64,000 bases of DNA, from the IMG/VR virus record IMGVR_UViG_3300047159_000046; one strand, given 5' to 3'. Below are positions 1 to 10,601 of this stretch, one piece after another. The translations under genes were made by a program, and so were the position numbers. This stretch comes from a virus. Lineage: Duplodnaviria; Caudoviricetes. A model generated the notes under the pieces. The model did no database searches, had not been told where the DNA came from, and worked only from the letters and a program-made list of their open reading frames with translations. Within the stretch, counting starts at the first letter, position 1; each line of letters begins with the position of its first letter.

Positions 1-438
1 TATGCCTCAATCGGTGGGGCTGCCGTTGTTCCTTTGAACGATACAAAGATACGGCAAAGTGTTGAGACTACCAAATAATTTCCCAATTATTTTCAAATTA
101 TTTTACAAATAGCTGAAATACAATAATTTACAAAGATAGATTTTTTTCCGTTATTGTAGGTAGGTAGATAGGATAACGGGTAAAACGTAGGATAACGGGT
201 AACAATGTAAGAAAGGGCAAAATAACGTGAAATAAGGCGTTTTGGGGCACTTTTGTAGGTAGTTGGATAAACCATATCCAAATTTAAATAAAACGCTTTA
301 AAACGCTTTAAAATGAATATCCGACAATTCCAAATATTTCAGCAAGATTTAACAAACTTTAACATTTTGGAAATAGGCAAAAAAATAGGGCTGCCCTATT
401 GAGGATAACCCTATTTTCTTTGTTTTATAAAACGGGGT

Positions 439-804
439 TTAATCCGCCCGTCTTACAAAACAGAAAACCGACTGGACTTGCCCTTTATGCGGTCCGTCCG
501 AAAAGCGTACGCTCTTCGGGTGACTTGTCGCTGGGGCGACCAAGTCGTTTCGGTCCTTGCAAGCGGACAATACCATGCCCGACACTATGTATAGCGTGCC
601 CTCTTGTGGCTCAGGCAAGCCCTCAACAGCCCCGAAGGTAGGGGTGGCGATGCCGTTTTCATCGGGTTCGGTGTAACCCGAAGAAATCCGAGGGCAAACG
701 CCCGAAGGTGGGAACTTTGTCCCGTCATTCAAGCACACCTCATGAGGCGTGCAATTTACAAATGTGATTTTTTCCATGTTTGCTGAATTGTTAGTTGTTG
801 TCAT
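439..804 (-). CDS. Conserved phage hypothetical protein (N-x-TPH...PPSG motif)
   Basis: ITFVNCTPH..FPPSG..RI and GTLYIVS motifs typical of a widespread phage family. Start moved to MTTT, downstream of the TATCTTTG promoter at ~900. Confidence 0.7.
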   Translation of the reverse strand: MTTTNNSANMEKITFVNCTPHEVCLNDGTKFPPSGVCPRISSGYTEPDENGIATPTFGAVEGLPEPQEGTLYIVSGMVLSACKDRNDLVAPATSHPKSVRFSDGPHKGQVQSVFCFVRRAD

Positions 805-1302
805 ACTTACTATGGGCTTAGCCTTTACAGCCCTTAGGTTTAATACGCCCCAATCGGTGGGGCTGCCGTTGTTGATACGTTTTGTTCGTTTCAACACAGC
901 AAAGATACGGCAAAGGGTTGAAACTACCAAACATTTTTGCAATTATTTTTGAAAAATCTGCAAAATAATTTATAAGTATCTGAAAATAAGATAAATAAAG
1001 AATGATGTTTTTTTCGTTTGGTAGAATGATATATATATATTGTTTGCTGATATACATACATTGCGTTCGCTTTTCGTTGTGTTCCCTACAAACATAAAAT
1101 AAGGCGTTTTGGGGCACTTTCTTTGTTGGGGTGGATAACTTATGCCTATTTTGAGCAAAACCGCTTTAAAACGCTTTAAAATGGAAAGTTGAGAAATCCA
1201 AATGTTTTTGAAATATTTAACATTTTTTAACATTTTCAAATACGGCAAAAAAAAATAGGGCTGCCCCTATTTCAAGAGCAGCCCTATTTTTATAGCTTGT
1301 TT

Positions 1303-1518
1303 TTAGTCCCTATCTAAATACCATGGTATCCAGAAACATATTAGGGTTGCTACTATTGTGACACCCGCCATGAATGCGGTGCAATAGTCACCCGCCACAA
1401 GGGCAGCGGGAAGGGCTATAATAGCCACCGCCGTTAGCAGCCCTACGAAACTAAGCAAGAAAACTATTGCCACGTCCTCGATTTCAATACCTTTAAAAAA
1501 ATCTACTACCTTTTTCAT
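1303..1518 (-). CDS. Small membrane protein
   Basis: Two hydrophobic segments; own promoter (~1592-1625) and terminator (~1250-1292). Confidence 0.7.
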   Translation of the reverse strand: MKKVVDFFKGIEIEDVAIVFLLSFVGLLTAVAIIALPAALVAGDYCTAFMAGVTIVATLICFWIPWYLDRD

Positions 1519-1822
1519 TTTACTAATAATTTAAACAGCCCTAATCGGCGGGCTTGCCGTTGTTGAAATACGTTTCGTTTGTTTCAACACAGCAAAGATA
1601 TATCGAAATGTTGAGACTACCAAACAAAAAGTAAATTATTTTTGAATTATTTTATAAGTTGCTGATATATAGCAAAATAGAATTTTATTTTTGTGTTCGC
1701 TGCCCGTCCGCCTGGTGCGCTATTGACAATTCCAAATTTTTTAACATTCTTTAACAAACTTTAACATTTTGGAACAAGGCAAAAAAATAGGGCTGCCCTC
1801 TTTCAAGAACAGCCCTATTTTT

Positions 1823-2158
1823 TTAGAATACACGTCCCCTCTGAACGTGAACCCATGTAGGTTCGTTAGGATTAGGCGCGGGTCTTGTCTCCCACTGCCT
1901 TTCAGATGCGAACCAAACGGGTTCTGTGGTTGTTTTGTTATCAAAACGGAAATGCCCCTGCACCCCATGGGCTTGTATTTGTGTCCGAAGGTAGGCGACC
2001 GCCTCTTCAAATGTTGTCGCCGATGGTACTGCGACAATACACTCAAAGGTCTGCGACCATCCTTGCAGCCATTCTTTAGTAGAAAGACCGCCAAGACGGT
2101 TCATGCCAGTAGTCTTAATGCCTTCAAATCTGCTAAAAATTTCGCTTAAATTACGCAT
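1823..2158 (-). CDS. Hypothetical early protein
   Basis: Lies between a promoter (~2240) and a terminator (~1782-1823); start trimmed to MRNLSE. Confidence 0.6.
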   Translation of the reverse strand: MRNLSEIFSRFEGIKTTGMNRLGGLSTKEWLQGWSQTFECIVAVPSATTFEEAVAYLRTQIQAHGVQGHFRFDNKTTTEPVWFASERQWETRPAPNPNEPTWVHVQRGRVF

Positions 2159-2385
2159 TTTTAAAAGAGGCTTAACCTTTACAGCCGTAGGTTTTAACGC
2201 CTCAATCGGTGAGGCTGCCGTTTGTCTTTCAACACAGCAAAGATAGGGCAAAATGTTCAGACCACCAAATTTTTTCTCAATTATTTTCAAAAAAGTTTTT
2301 AAGTGGCTGATACGCACGCATATACGCATACTGAATTTAGTATGCAGATATATGTAGCTATATCCTATCTTTGCCGAAACGTATT

Positions 2386-2613
2386 TTAATACGTTTCATA
2401 ATAATATTTGGGGTAACTTTTGCCCGTTTCTGTTAGGTAACCCCAATAACCTAAGTCAATAGCAAGGCATTGCATAAACACAACACCCGACAAGCCACAA
2501 AATAGGGCTGCCGTTTTGGGGGTGGTGAAATAGTCACCTAATACTATACCTAAAATCAAAAAAGATACCATAAAGAGGACAACGGCGATAAGATAAAATT
2601 TGTTGAAATTCAT
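2386..2613 (-). CDS. Small membrane protein
   Basis: Two hydrophobic helices; AGTTATG start context downstream of a promoter. Confidence 0.65.
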   Translation of the reverse strand: MNFNKFYLIAVVLFMVSFLILGIVLGDYFTTPKTAALFCGLSGVVFMQCLAIDLGYWGYLTETGKSYPKYYYETY

Positions 2614-3093
2614 AACTCTATATTTTTTAGTCTCCCACTAACATCGGGTGGGCATCCGTTTGTTGGTTAGTTCCAACACAGCAAAGGTATATATAATTTT
2701 TAAAACCGCAAAATATTTTATCAATTATTTTCAATATTTTTTTAACCGCTTTTCGCTTGTCCCCTCTTTGCCGTTTGTTTGTGCCGATATGATACACTAC
2801 ATCGAACGACAACAAGAATGAAAAGATTTTATCTGCATACTCAATATATTTGAAATATTGCATCATACGCATTTTAAGGCGTTTTGAGGGACTTTTGTCG
2901 ATATGAATGTATGTTTGTAGGGACGGGCAAACAAAACCCGTCACAACGAAAAATTCATATTTCAAAACATTATGCAATAAAAATTTCAATCCGCATATAT
3001 ATACGGATACTGAAAATAGTATGTAGGTATAAACACACAAAAAAACCATACATATTCTGCATGGTTTTTTATATAGTGTTTGTTCTTGTTTGT

Positions 3094-3738
3094 TTAGTCT
3101 TCGTCTTCTGCGTACATACAATTCAGAGCGTCCCGTCTGCTAAACATACAATAAACGTGAGTCGGCATATCATGCCTTGAATACATATCGGCGCATACAT
3201 CGCTTGCCTTGAATAGCTGCAAAAATCTGCATCTGCCAATTTGTTTCCATGGTGTCCCAACGTATTTTGAGCAATTCACCATTTTATAGCCCGTATTGAC
3301 AATAGCCCATGATTTTTTGCGCAATTCTTCGGTTGTTTTGCCGAAAAAACTGGCTGGGTAAAATTTGGTTTTTTCAACAATAACCTTTGTAATATGATAT
3401 TTTTCAGGCTCTCCTACTAATTTATCAGTCCGTCCGAACATACCTTGTTCGTCCCTGATTTCAGGAAAACCCAAACAAAAATCGGACTGTCTTGATACCT
3501 CGCCGTTCTTTTCGATTTCGTCATAGTTCTGTTTATAAATTTCGTCCCCTAATTGAGGGGCAAAGAGTCTGCCCGAAAAACAATTTTTTTCCCACAATTG
3601 GGGATAATTATATTTATTATATGGAGAATATTCTCTTGTCATGATAGTCTCCTTCTCACCCGTTTTGTCGTTTGTAACCTCAAAAACGTAGGCAATTTTT
3701 TTGCCAAACTCAAAAATCTTATCATTTAGTTCAGACAT
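3094..3738 (-). CDS. Hypothetical early protein
   Basis: Long ORF; start trimmed to MSELNDK downstream of the promoter at ~3786. Confidence 0.75.
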   Translation of the reverse strand: MSELNDKIFEFGKKIAYVFEVTNDKTGEKETIMTREYSPYNKYNYPQLWEKNCFSGRLFAPQLGDEIYKQNYDEIEKNGEVSRQSDFCLGFPEIRDEQGMFGRTDKLVGEPEKYHITKVIVEKTKFYPASFFGKTTEELRKKSWAIVNTGYKMVNCSKYVGTPWKQIGRCRFLQLFKASDVCADMYSRHDMPTHVYCMFSRRDALNCMYAEDED

Positions 3739-4189
3739 ATCTTTAAAATTTTTAGTAGTCGTTGGGACTATTCCCAAACGCATAACAAAGATAGATAAAA
3801 TATCTGATATAACCAAATATTTTATATGTTTTTTTTATAAAGAAATATTTTTATATTTTGCCCGTTGTTTTGCCGTGAAATTGAATATATACTTTTTTAC
3901 ATATACATTCTTCATACCTTTGCGTTTGTGGACTAACACTACTATATAGTGTTTATAATACAGCAGCCGTAAAAACGACTGAAATTTAAATCTTTTGTAG
4001 CTAATATCCAAAAGATTAACCAATACGAAAAGCCCGAAACAAACATATAATATATTAATATATTGATAATTTTTTAATGTTGGGACAAATATAATGTTAT
4101 TTGCTGATATATCCAAACTTTTTAACACAAAAAAATACCTACCACTTTCACAAGCAGTAGGTATCTGGCTAAAAATATAAAGTATTATG

Positions 4190-4471
4190 TTATTCTTTTT
4201 CTATGTATTTCACGCACTGGATATATGAACTTTCAATGCGTATTTTATACACACCTTTGGGCAACCAATCCCAAACAGGTATGCAAATTTCGCCGTTTAT
4301 AACCTCTCTTTGTTCAACTGATAAACAGCCGAAACAAGTTTCTATGTATAGGGTGGCAAGCCCGTCACAGTTGTCTCCATCTGCAACTTTTGCGCACACC
4401 TCTTCGGGTTGTGCGTTTAAAGAACATAAAGAACAAAGAATAAGGCTCAAAGATGCTATTAACTTTTTCAT
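4190..4471 (-). CDS. Signal peptide plus stand-alone T9SS C-terminal sorting (CTD type A)-like domain
   Basis: MKKLIASLSLILCSLCSLNA|Q signal peptide; C-terminal IPVWDWLPKGVYKIRI...VKYIEK resembles the CTD LxxGxY and KxxxK motifs. Confidence 0.6.
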   Translation of the reverse strand: MKKLIASLSLILCSLCSLNAQPEEVCAKVADGDNCDGLATLYIETCFGCLSVEQREVINGEICIPVWDWLPKGVYKIRIESSYIQCVKYIEKE

Positions 4472-4554
4472 AACTTATAATTTTTAATTGTTGGTACAAA
4501 GATAGTAGTAATATTTGAAAAAAGCAATAGCAAAAGTGTTAAAAAAAAACATTG

Positions 4555-5275
4555 ATCTTTTAACACTTTTTGTTTGGGAAAGTCCCGAAAATTTCGTAAC
4601 TTTGTATGGTGCACTAAACCGAAAATGTTAAAATTGTGTTAAAATCTGCAAAGAAAAAACCTCGAAAATTTAACACTTTTTATTTGCTTTTGTACCGAAA
4701 ATTTCGTAACTTTGTATGGTGCGCTATTTTGGAATGTTAACGAAAGTTAAAATACGTTACAAAAATAGCCTGAAAATTTAACACTTTTTATTTGCTTTTG
4801 TACCGAAAATTTCGTAACTTTGTATGGTGCGCTATTTTGGAATGTTAACGAAAGTTAAAATACGTTACAAAAATAGCCTGAAAATTTAACACTTTTTATT
4901 TGCTTTTGTACCGAAAATTTCGTAACTTTGTATGGTGCGCCAAACTGAAAATGTTAAAACGAAAGTGTTAAAATAAGTGTTGCCGTTTTCTCCTGAAAAT
5001 TTAACACTTTTTATTTGCTTTTGTACCGAAAATTTCGTAACTTTGTATGGTGCACTAAACTGAAAATGTTAAAATAGTGTTAAAAAGTGTTGCCGTTTTC
5101 TCCTGAAAATTTAACACTTTTTATTTGCTTTTGTACCGAAAATTTCGTAACTTTGTATGGTGCACTAAACTGAAAGTGTTAAAATAGTGTTAAAAAGTGT
5201 TGCTGTTTTCTCCTGAAAATTTAACACTTTTTATTTGGAAAAGTCGCAAATTTTGCGTACCTTTGTATGACACCC
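4555..5275 (+). repeat. Tandem array of 7 Bacteroidetes-type promoter units (108-115 bp period)
   Basis: TTTG-N20-TAACTTTG/TACCTTTG boxes at 4597, 4707, 4815, 4923, 5038, 5148 and 5258, each preceded by TTAACACTTTTT. Confidence 0.9.
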
Positions 5276-6231
5276 AAAACTTAACTTTTTACACAACAAA
5301 AAAACAGAATAGTTTTTTGCTATTCTGCTTTTTTATATCTTTTTATATCCTACTTTTAAAAAAGTCGACATAATCTGCCCACTCTTTGAAATTTCGGGTT
5401 TTTTCGTAATCTTGTTTGGAAAGCCGTTTTTTAACTTAGGTGAAATAGTCACCGCCAATCCTATAATCGGCGACAACATAAAAACCCCTTTTGTCCTTGT
5501 TAAAAACCATACAGAGGCACTCAAATTCTTGTTTCATACTACAAAACCGCTTTTTCAACCACCAGCAGTAGGTTCTAAGTTCATTTTCAATACACAAAGA
5601 TAACATAAAAATCTGATACTACCAAATTTTTACCTATCTTTTTTTGGGGTTTTTATATTTCGTTGTTGTATGTAATTGCGTGCGACTTTATAAGCAATAA
5701 CCAACACCAAAAATTTGGTATCACCGCCAAAACCATCCAGACCTCGAAATTGAAGTCTTCATTTGCCCATAACAAGCAACGGACAAATGAAGAATGTCAT
5801 AAACCCGTATGCGAATACAGAAGAAATACGACAAAAACTCTTTCATGAACTTTATAATTTTTAGTAGTACGTAGGGACTATTCCCAAACGCACTACAAAG
5901 ATAAGCCGTTTTTTAGATATATCCAAATATTTTGCCGATTATTTTCAATCTTTTTTTATTGTCCTTTTTGTGTGTGTTTGAATATCCTACAATAACACAC
6001 AATAACGAAAGAAACGGCAAATAAGGCACTTTAATTGCGTTTTGAGGGACTTTTGTATGAAATACGGGTAAACTAACTACAACGGGTCAATAATGCGCTT
6101 AAAACGCTTTAAAATGAATATCCGACAATTCCAAACATTCAGGAGAATTTTAACATACTTTAACATTTTTGAATACGGGTAAAAAAATAGGACTACTTTT
6201 TGTGTAGTCCTATTTTATTTTGTTTTATGAT

Positions 6232-6652
6232 TTAGCCTAAAATTTTTGTTTCTCCGCCATCTACCATATACTCAAAATGTTCTTCATTTGTGTCTATACT
6301 CCAAACGGGTGTATAATATGTAAAAAATCTGTTCACCGTTTGGATAAAAGTATGATAAATATGCCTCTTTTGCATTGTTTAGGATATGTAGTTCCCTATA
6401 TCTGTTAGAGCTATTTTTTCTAAACTCGCCGTTTTTCTTGATGTTTTTGCCATATAGCCACAAAACGCCTTTCACCATCTGCACATTGGTCAATTTGATA
6501 GGCAGAATATCAGCAATTAAATTGCTTATTTCCTTTTCATTTTCCTTACTCTTGTTCATTCTGTTTTTCAGTAACAAAATTTGCTTTTCAGTGGCAAAAC
6601 CTTGTTCTTTAATTGTTGCTACTAATTCTGCATTTGAAATTGTTTTTGCCAT
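6232..6652 (-). pseudogene. Family A early protein (ATEKQI/KKNGEFRKNS) with a single frameshift
   Basis: Paralogue of 12861 and 13434; the C-terminus YYTPVWSIDTNEEHFEY...KILG continues in another frame. Confidence 0.7.
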
Positions 6653-6814
6653 AATACTAATTTTTTTTAATGTTTAAATGTTTTGTTTGTTCCCTTGAAC
6701 AATGCAAAGATACAAATAAAGTTCGGAAAAACAATAGCAAAAGTGTTAAAAATTTAATTATTTTTTTAACACTTTTTGTTTGGTATTGTCGGCAAAAAAC
6801 GTTACCTTTGTAGT

Positions 6815-6984
6815 GTAATTAAAAAAGCAACAATATGTAAAACTAAAAGCCACACTCAACAAGGCAAAACGACAACGGGAAACGGCATCACACCCGATTG
6901 ACAAATAAGGCGGTCGAACAATACGAAATAGGTGTTATAAAGTTACTATTTTGGGAAGGAGGAGACAAAACACGCACTTTTTTT
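6815..6984 (+). ncRNA. Structured ncRNA family, copy 1 (mini-ORF reduced to ATG-TAA)
   Basis: Promoter TACCTTTG at 6803; conserved hairpins; 3' T-tract. Confidence 0.75.
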
Positions 6985-7182
6985 AAAAGTTAAAAAGTGT
7001 TAATTTTTTCCTGCGAACGAAAGTTTGGGGTGTCATACAAAGTTACGAATTTTTTGGGACTTTTCCAAATAAAAAGTGTTAAAATTCTGTTAAAAAATCG
7101 CCTGAAATTTTAACATATTTTAACGAAAAAAAAAACGGGCTCTCCATTTGGAAAACCCGTTTTTTGTTTATGTTAATTTCTG

Positions 7183-7533
7183 TTAAATCCCAATACGTTT
7201 TTCTATTGCTTTTTGCAAATCTGCATTATACCAATCCCGTGCCTTTCCTACAAAAAACGCTTTCATGGTATCAAAGTTTTTAAAATTAGCTTTTATGCCG
7301 TCCGTTATGATATTATTAAAATCGGACTCGTCTTGTGAATGTTTCCCACCCCAATCACGGATATCCCGTAGTTTTTGGTATGTTTCATACAACTTATAAT
7401 AAAATGTTTCACGTGAAACATTTAGTCGTAGCTGAGGTGCTTTATTTTGCCTCTTTTTAAAGTCTTCGGGTAAAAAATAATTGAACATCAAAAGGGAAAA
7501 TCTTTCATTAATCGATAAATTTTCAGTATTCAT
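7183..7533 (-). CDS. Hypothetical protein; gene contains a parS site
   Basis: ORF with its own promoter and terminator; the NVSRET peptide is encoded by the parS palindrome. Confidence 0.7.
   Translation of the reverse strand: MNTENLSINERFSLLMFNYFLPEDFKKRQNKAPQLRLNVSRETFYYKLYETYQKLRDIRDWGGKHSQDESDFNNIITDGIKANFKNFDTMKAFFVGKARDWYNADLQKAIEKRIGI
7405..7420. promoter_or_regulatory. parS: parS site (TGTTTCACGTGAAACA)
   Basis: Perfect 16-bp match to the conserved chromosomal ParB-binding palindrome. Confidence 0.85.
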
Positions 7534-7676
7534 AATAACTTTATTTTAGTAGTACGTTGGGACTATTCCCAAACGCAAAACAAAGGTACAAAATGTTTTT
7601 TGAATAAACAAGAAAAAAAGTGAATATTTTATTAGGATATTCACTTTTTTTGTTTATAGGTTTTTTATATATATTA

Positions 7677-8114
7677 TTATATAGCTGCTGTTTGGGCTCT
7701 TTCTGTCTCCTCAACATCTACCAATGTATTCTTTTTGAGGTCGTTAAAAAGTTCGTCACAAAATTTAACGGACCTCAAAATATTATATCCAAAATAATGA
7801 TATAAGGAACTTTTCCTTTTTTCTAATCTTGTCGCAAATTCATTTCTATATCTATCAGCCTTTTCCAAATCGGCAAGGGTCAATGTTTTATTTTTATCAT
7901 ATAGTTGGGCTGCCCAACATACCATCTCGGTGAATGTTTCACGTGAAACATTTTCATCAAAAATCAAATAGGGTGGTATTTCCTCTGTTGGTACGTTGTC
8001 GCAAAAAGAGGACAACATATTGATGCTGAATTGCATATACTTTGCATACTCAGCATATTCACCCATGTTCATTACACCCTTGTTTGCCCACTTCTCAAAT
8101 CTGCTTAGTTTCAT
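7677..8114 (-). CDS. Hypothetical protein; gene contains a parS site
   Basis: ORF with promoter; contains the NVSRET peptide. Confidence 0.7.
   Translation of the reverse strand: MKLSRFEKWANKGVMNMGEYAEYAKYMQFSINMLSSFCDNVPTEEIPPYLIFDENVSRETFTEMVCWAAQLYDKNKTLTLADLEKADRYRNEFATRLEKRKSSLYHYFGYNILRSVKFCDELFNDLKKNTLVDVEETERAQTAAI
7935..7950. promoter_or_regulatory. parS: parS site (TGTTTCACGTGAAACA)
   Basis: Second perfect 16-bp palindrome, 530 bp from the first. Confidence 0.85.
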
Positions 8115-8466
8115 AACTTTTGTTTTTAGTAGTTCGGCACTATTGCCGTTTGATTATGCCACAAAGATAGACCAAATAAACCATATATCCAAATATTTTA
8201 TCAATTATTTTCAATTTATTTTCAATTCTTTTCTGCTTGCACCCGTGCGTGCGGATACTGAATTTGGTATCGGCTAAATTTAGCTGTTTTTAGCCCCACT
8301 ACGACACTTTCGGGTAAAAGTGGATAAAACTATTCACTTTCCACACAAAACGCTTTAAAATCGCTTAAAATAGCTTGTGTTGCGTTTCTTGATATAGTTG
8401 ATACACACAAAAAACGGCAAGAACATTCTGTTTGTCCTTGCCGTTTCTGTTATGATGTTGTATTCT

Positions 8467-8880
8467 TTATTCTGTTTCTTCCATCTCCAATTCATTTACC
8501 TTGTCCCAATATTCATTCAGTAAATTTTGGGCTTTTGCTATTGTTATTTTGTTGTTTTTTATAAACATTGAATATAGTCCCCAAAAAGCCAATTCTTGTA
8601 TATCTATTTTTTCTGTATTCTCTATATTTGTATTATACGCATTCACGCAAAATTGCAAATTTCCAGATACATAGGAAATTGCAAACTCTTTTGAGTCGCT
8701 GCAATCCATGCACCTGCGCTCTGCCTCTTCCCATGCCAATTGACTATAGTCGCATAGGTAGTTGGCATTCTTTATGCCGTTTTCCAGACCTTCTGTTATT
8801 GTGTTTATATCTGCATATATAGATATAAAAACCTCTGAAATCTGTTTTGCATAGCTGTTTGTCAATTCTGTCTTGTTCAT
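8467..8880 (-). CDS. Family B acidic early protein
   Basis: Paralogue of 15781..16188 (MNKxELT..YA, NLQFC, EYWxKVNELE). Confidence 0.8.
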   Translation of the reverse strand: MNKTELTNSYAKQISEVFISIYADINTITEGLENGIKNANYLCDYSQLAWEEAERRCMDCSDSKEFAISYVSGNLQFCVNAYNTNIENTEKIDIQELAFWGLYSMFIKNNKITIAKAQNLLNEYWDKVNELEMEETE

Positions 8881-9059
8881 AATGTTTAATGTTTTATTGT
8901 TTTTGTTGATGCAAAGTTACAAATAAAATCGGGAAAAGCAAGAGCAAAAGTGTTAAAAATAAAAAGATCTTTTTAACACTTTTTGTTTGGAAAAGTCCCG
9001 AAAATTTCGTAACTTTGTATGACACCCTAAACCGAAAAAATTAACACTTTTTAACTTTT

Positions 9060-9240
9060 AAAAAAAGTGCGTGTTTTGTCTCCTCCTTCCCAAAATAGTA
9101 ACTTTATAACACCTATTTCGTATTGTTCGTCCGCCTTATTTGTCAATCGGGTGTGATGCCGTTTCCCGTTTTCTTTTTGCCTTGTTTTGTGTGGCTGTTA
9201 GTTTATGTTGTATTCATATTGTTTGTTGTTTCTTAATTGC
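9060..9240 (-). ncRNA. Structured ncRNA family, copy 2 (mini-ORF MNTT*)
   Basis: Promoter TATCTTTG at 9245-9252; homologous to copy 1. Confidence 0.75.
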
Positions 9241-9345
9241 ACTACAAAGATACAAAAAAATTTTGAACTACCAAACAAAAAGCAAAAAAAAATTCAAAAA
9301 CCTAAAAAGATTTTTGAATTTTTATTGTCGTGAAATATTGCTACA

Positions 9346-9629
9346 TTATATCAATGTTATATCACTTATCTCCGATAAAAAGATACTTTCTGTGTCGTTT
9401 CCATGTTTTACATATAGTTCATAATTAGTGCCATATTTATCGCTTGGTAGTGACCGCAAACGCAATAAATGTATATCAGTGACTACCATCACAATATCAT
9501 TTTTATTTCGTCAACTACAATTCTTGTCGGCACATCATAATTGTTGCCTTTTAGATATTCAACTATTTTAACATACATTTTCTGATGTTCTCTGCGCTCT
9601 GTGCGCTCAACTTCTGTTTCGTTGTTCAT
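9346..9629 (-). pseudogene. Family E early protein, frameshifted
   Basis: Pieces (NNYDVPTRIV, DKYGTNYEL, SDITLI) match 16307..16657. Confidence 0.55.
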
Positions 9630-9961
9630 AACTTTTTGTTTTTAATTAATAATGTTCGTTATTTTCACTTGCAAAGATACAAAAGATTTTTGATATACCA
9701 AACTTTTTTGCCGTTTTTTTTGCGGTTTTTTTATAAATTTTCGTTTTGTATCAGTATATCAGTCATATATCTTTTTATCTGATTGAGGGTCATATTATCA
9801 AAATCAACATATTTTAACAATATTCTATGTTCGCTTTTGCCGTGCTTTAACCCGTAGCACTTTTTTAGACGGCAAATATTTCATTACAAAAGAGTCTCCT
9901 TTCTCCATATCGAAAATAAACCCTCTTTTTTCATCATAGCGCAAATTTTTGATATAGTTAA

Positions 9962-10234
9962 TCATAGTATGTTGCTCCTTTCCTCAATTTCTTCCAAACA
10001 TTTGGAAAGTGTTTTGTGCCCCAAATTAGGCATATTTAACGTTTCGTAGGGCACACCCGTTGTTTGTCCGTTTACATCAATTATACAAACATTATAATCA
10101 AGATATTTTTCCATCAACCCTATTTCCACTATAATATAGTGGCTCTTGCTGATAGTCGCAATCAGCGTGATTATTGGGGCTTGTGGTATCGTTTCTATAT
10201 GATACCTTTTTGCGACCTTGTATGTATGTTTCAT
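9962..10234 (-). CDS. Hypothetical early protein
   Basis: AAAGTTATG start downstream of a promoter at ~10292. Confidence 0.65.
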   Translation of the reverse strand: MKHTYKVAKRYHIETIPQAPIITLIATISKSHYIIVEIGLMEKYLDYNVCIIDVNGQTTGVPYETLNMPNLGHKTLSKCLEEIEERSNIL

Positions 10235-10601
10235 AACTTTATACGCTTTTTGTAACCATCAGCGTTAGGCTCTTGTTCGTTATTGTTGATGCAAAGATAT
10301 AGCTAAAAATTGATATATCCAAACATTTTTGCAATTATTTTCAATTTATTTTCTGTTTCTTTCTGCTTGCACCCGTGCGTGCGGATACTGAATTTGGTAT
10401 CGGCTAAATTTAGCCGTTTTTAGCCTTGATACGACACTTTCGGACAAAAGTGGATAAACTATTTATCTTTCACACAAAAACGCTTTAAAACGCTTTAAAA
10501 TAGCTTGTATTGCGTTTCTTAATATAGTTGATGCACACAAAAAAACGGCAAGAACATTCTGTTTGTGTCCTTGCCGTTTCTGTTATTGTGTTGTGTTTGT
10601 G

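Noticed and set aside
4555-5275. CRISPR array
   Set aside because: The intervening sequences are homologous or identical to each other rather than unique spacers, the repeat is a promoter consensus, and no cas genes are adjacent.
8244-8272. XerCD dif site
   Set aside because: The left part resembles the XerC arm (GTGCGGATA), but there is no TTATGTTAAA XerD arm.
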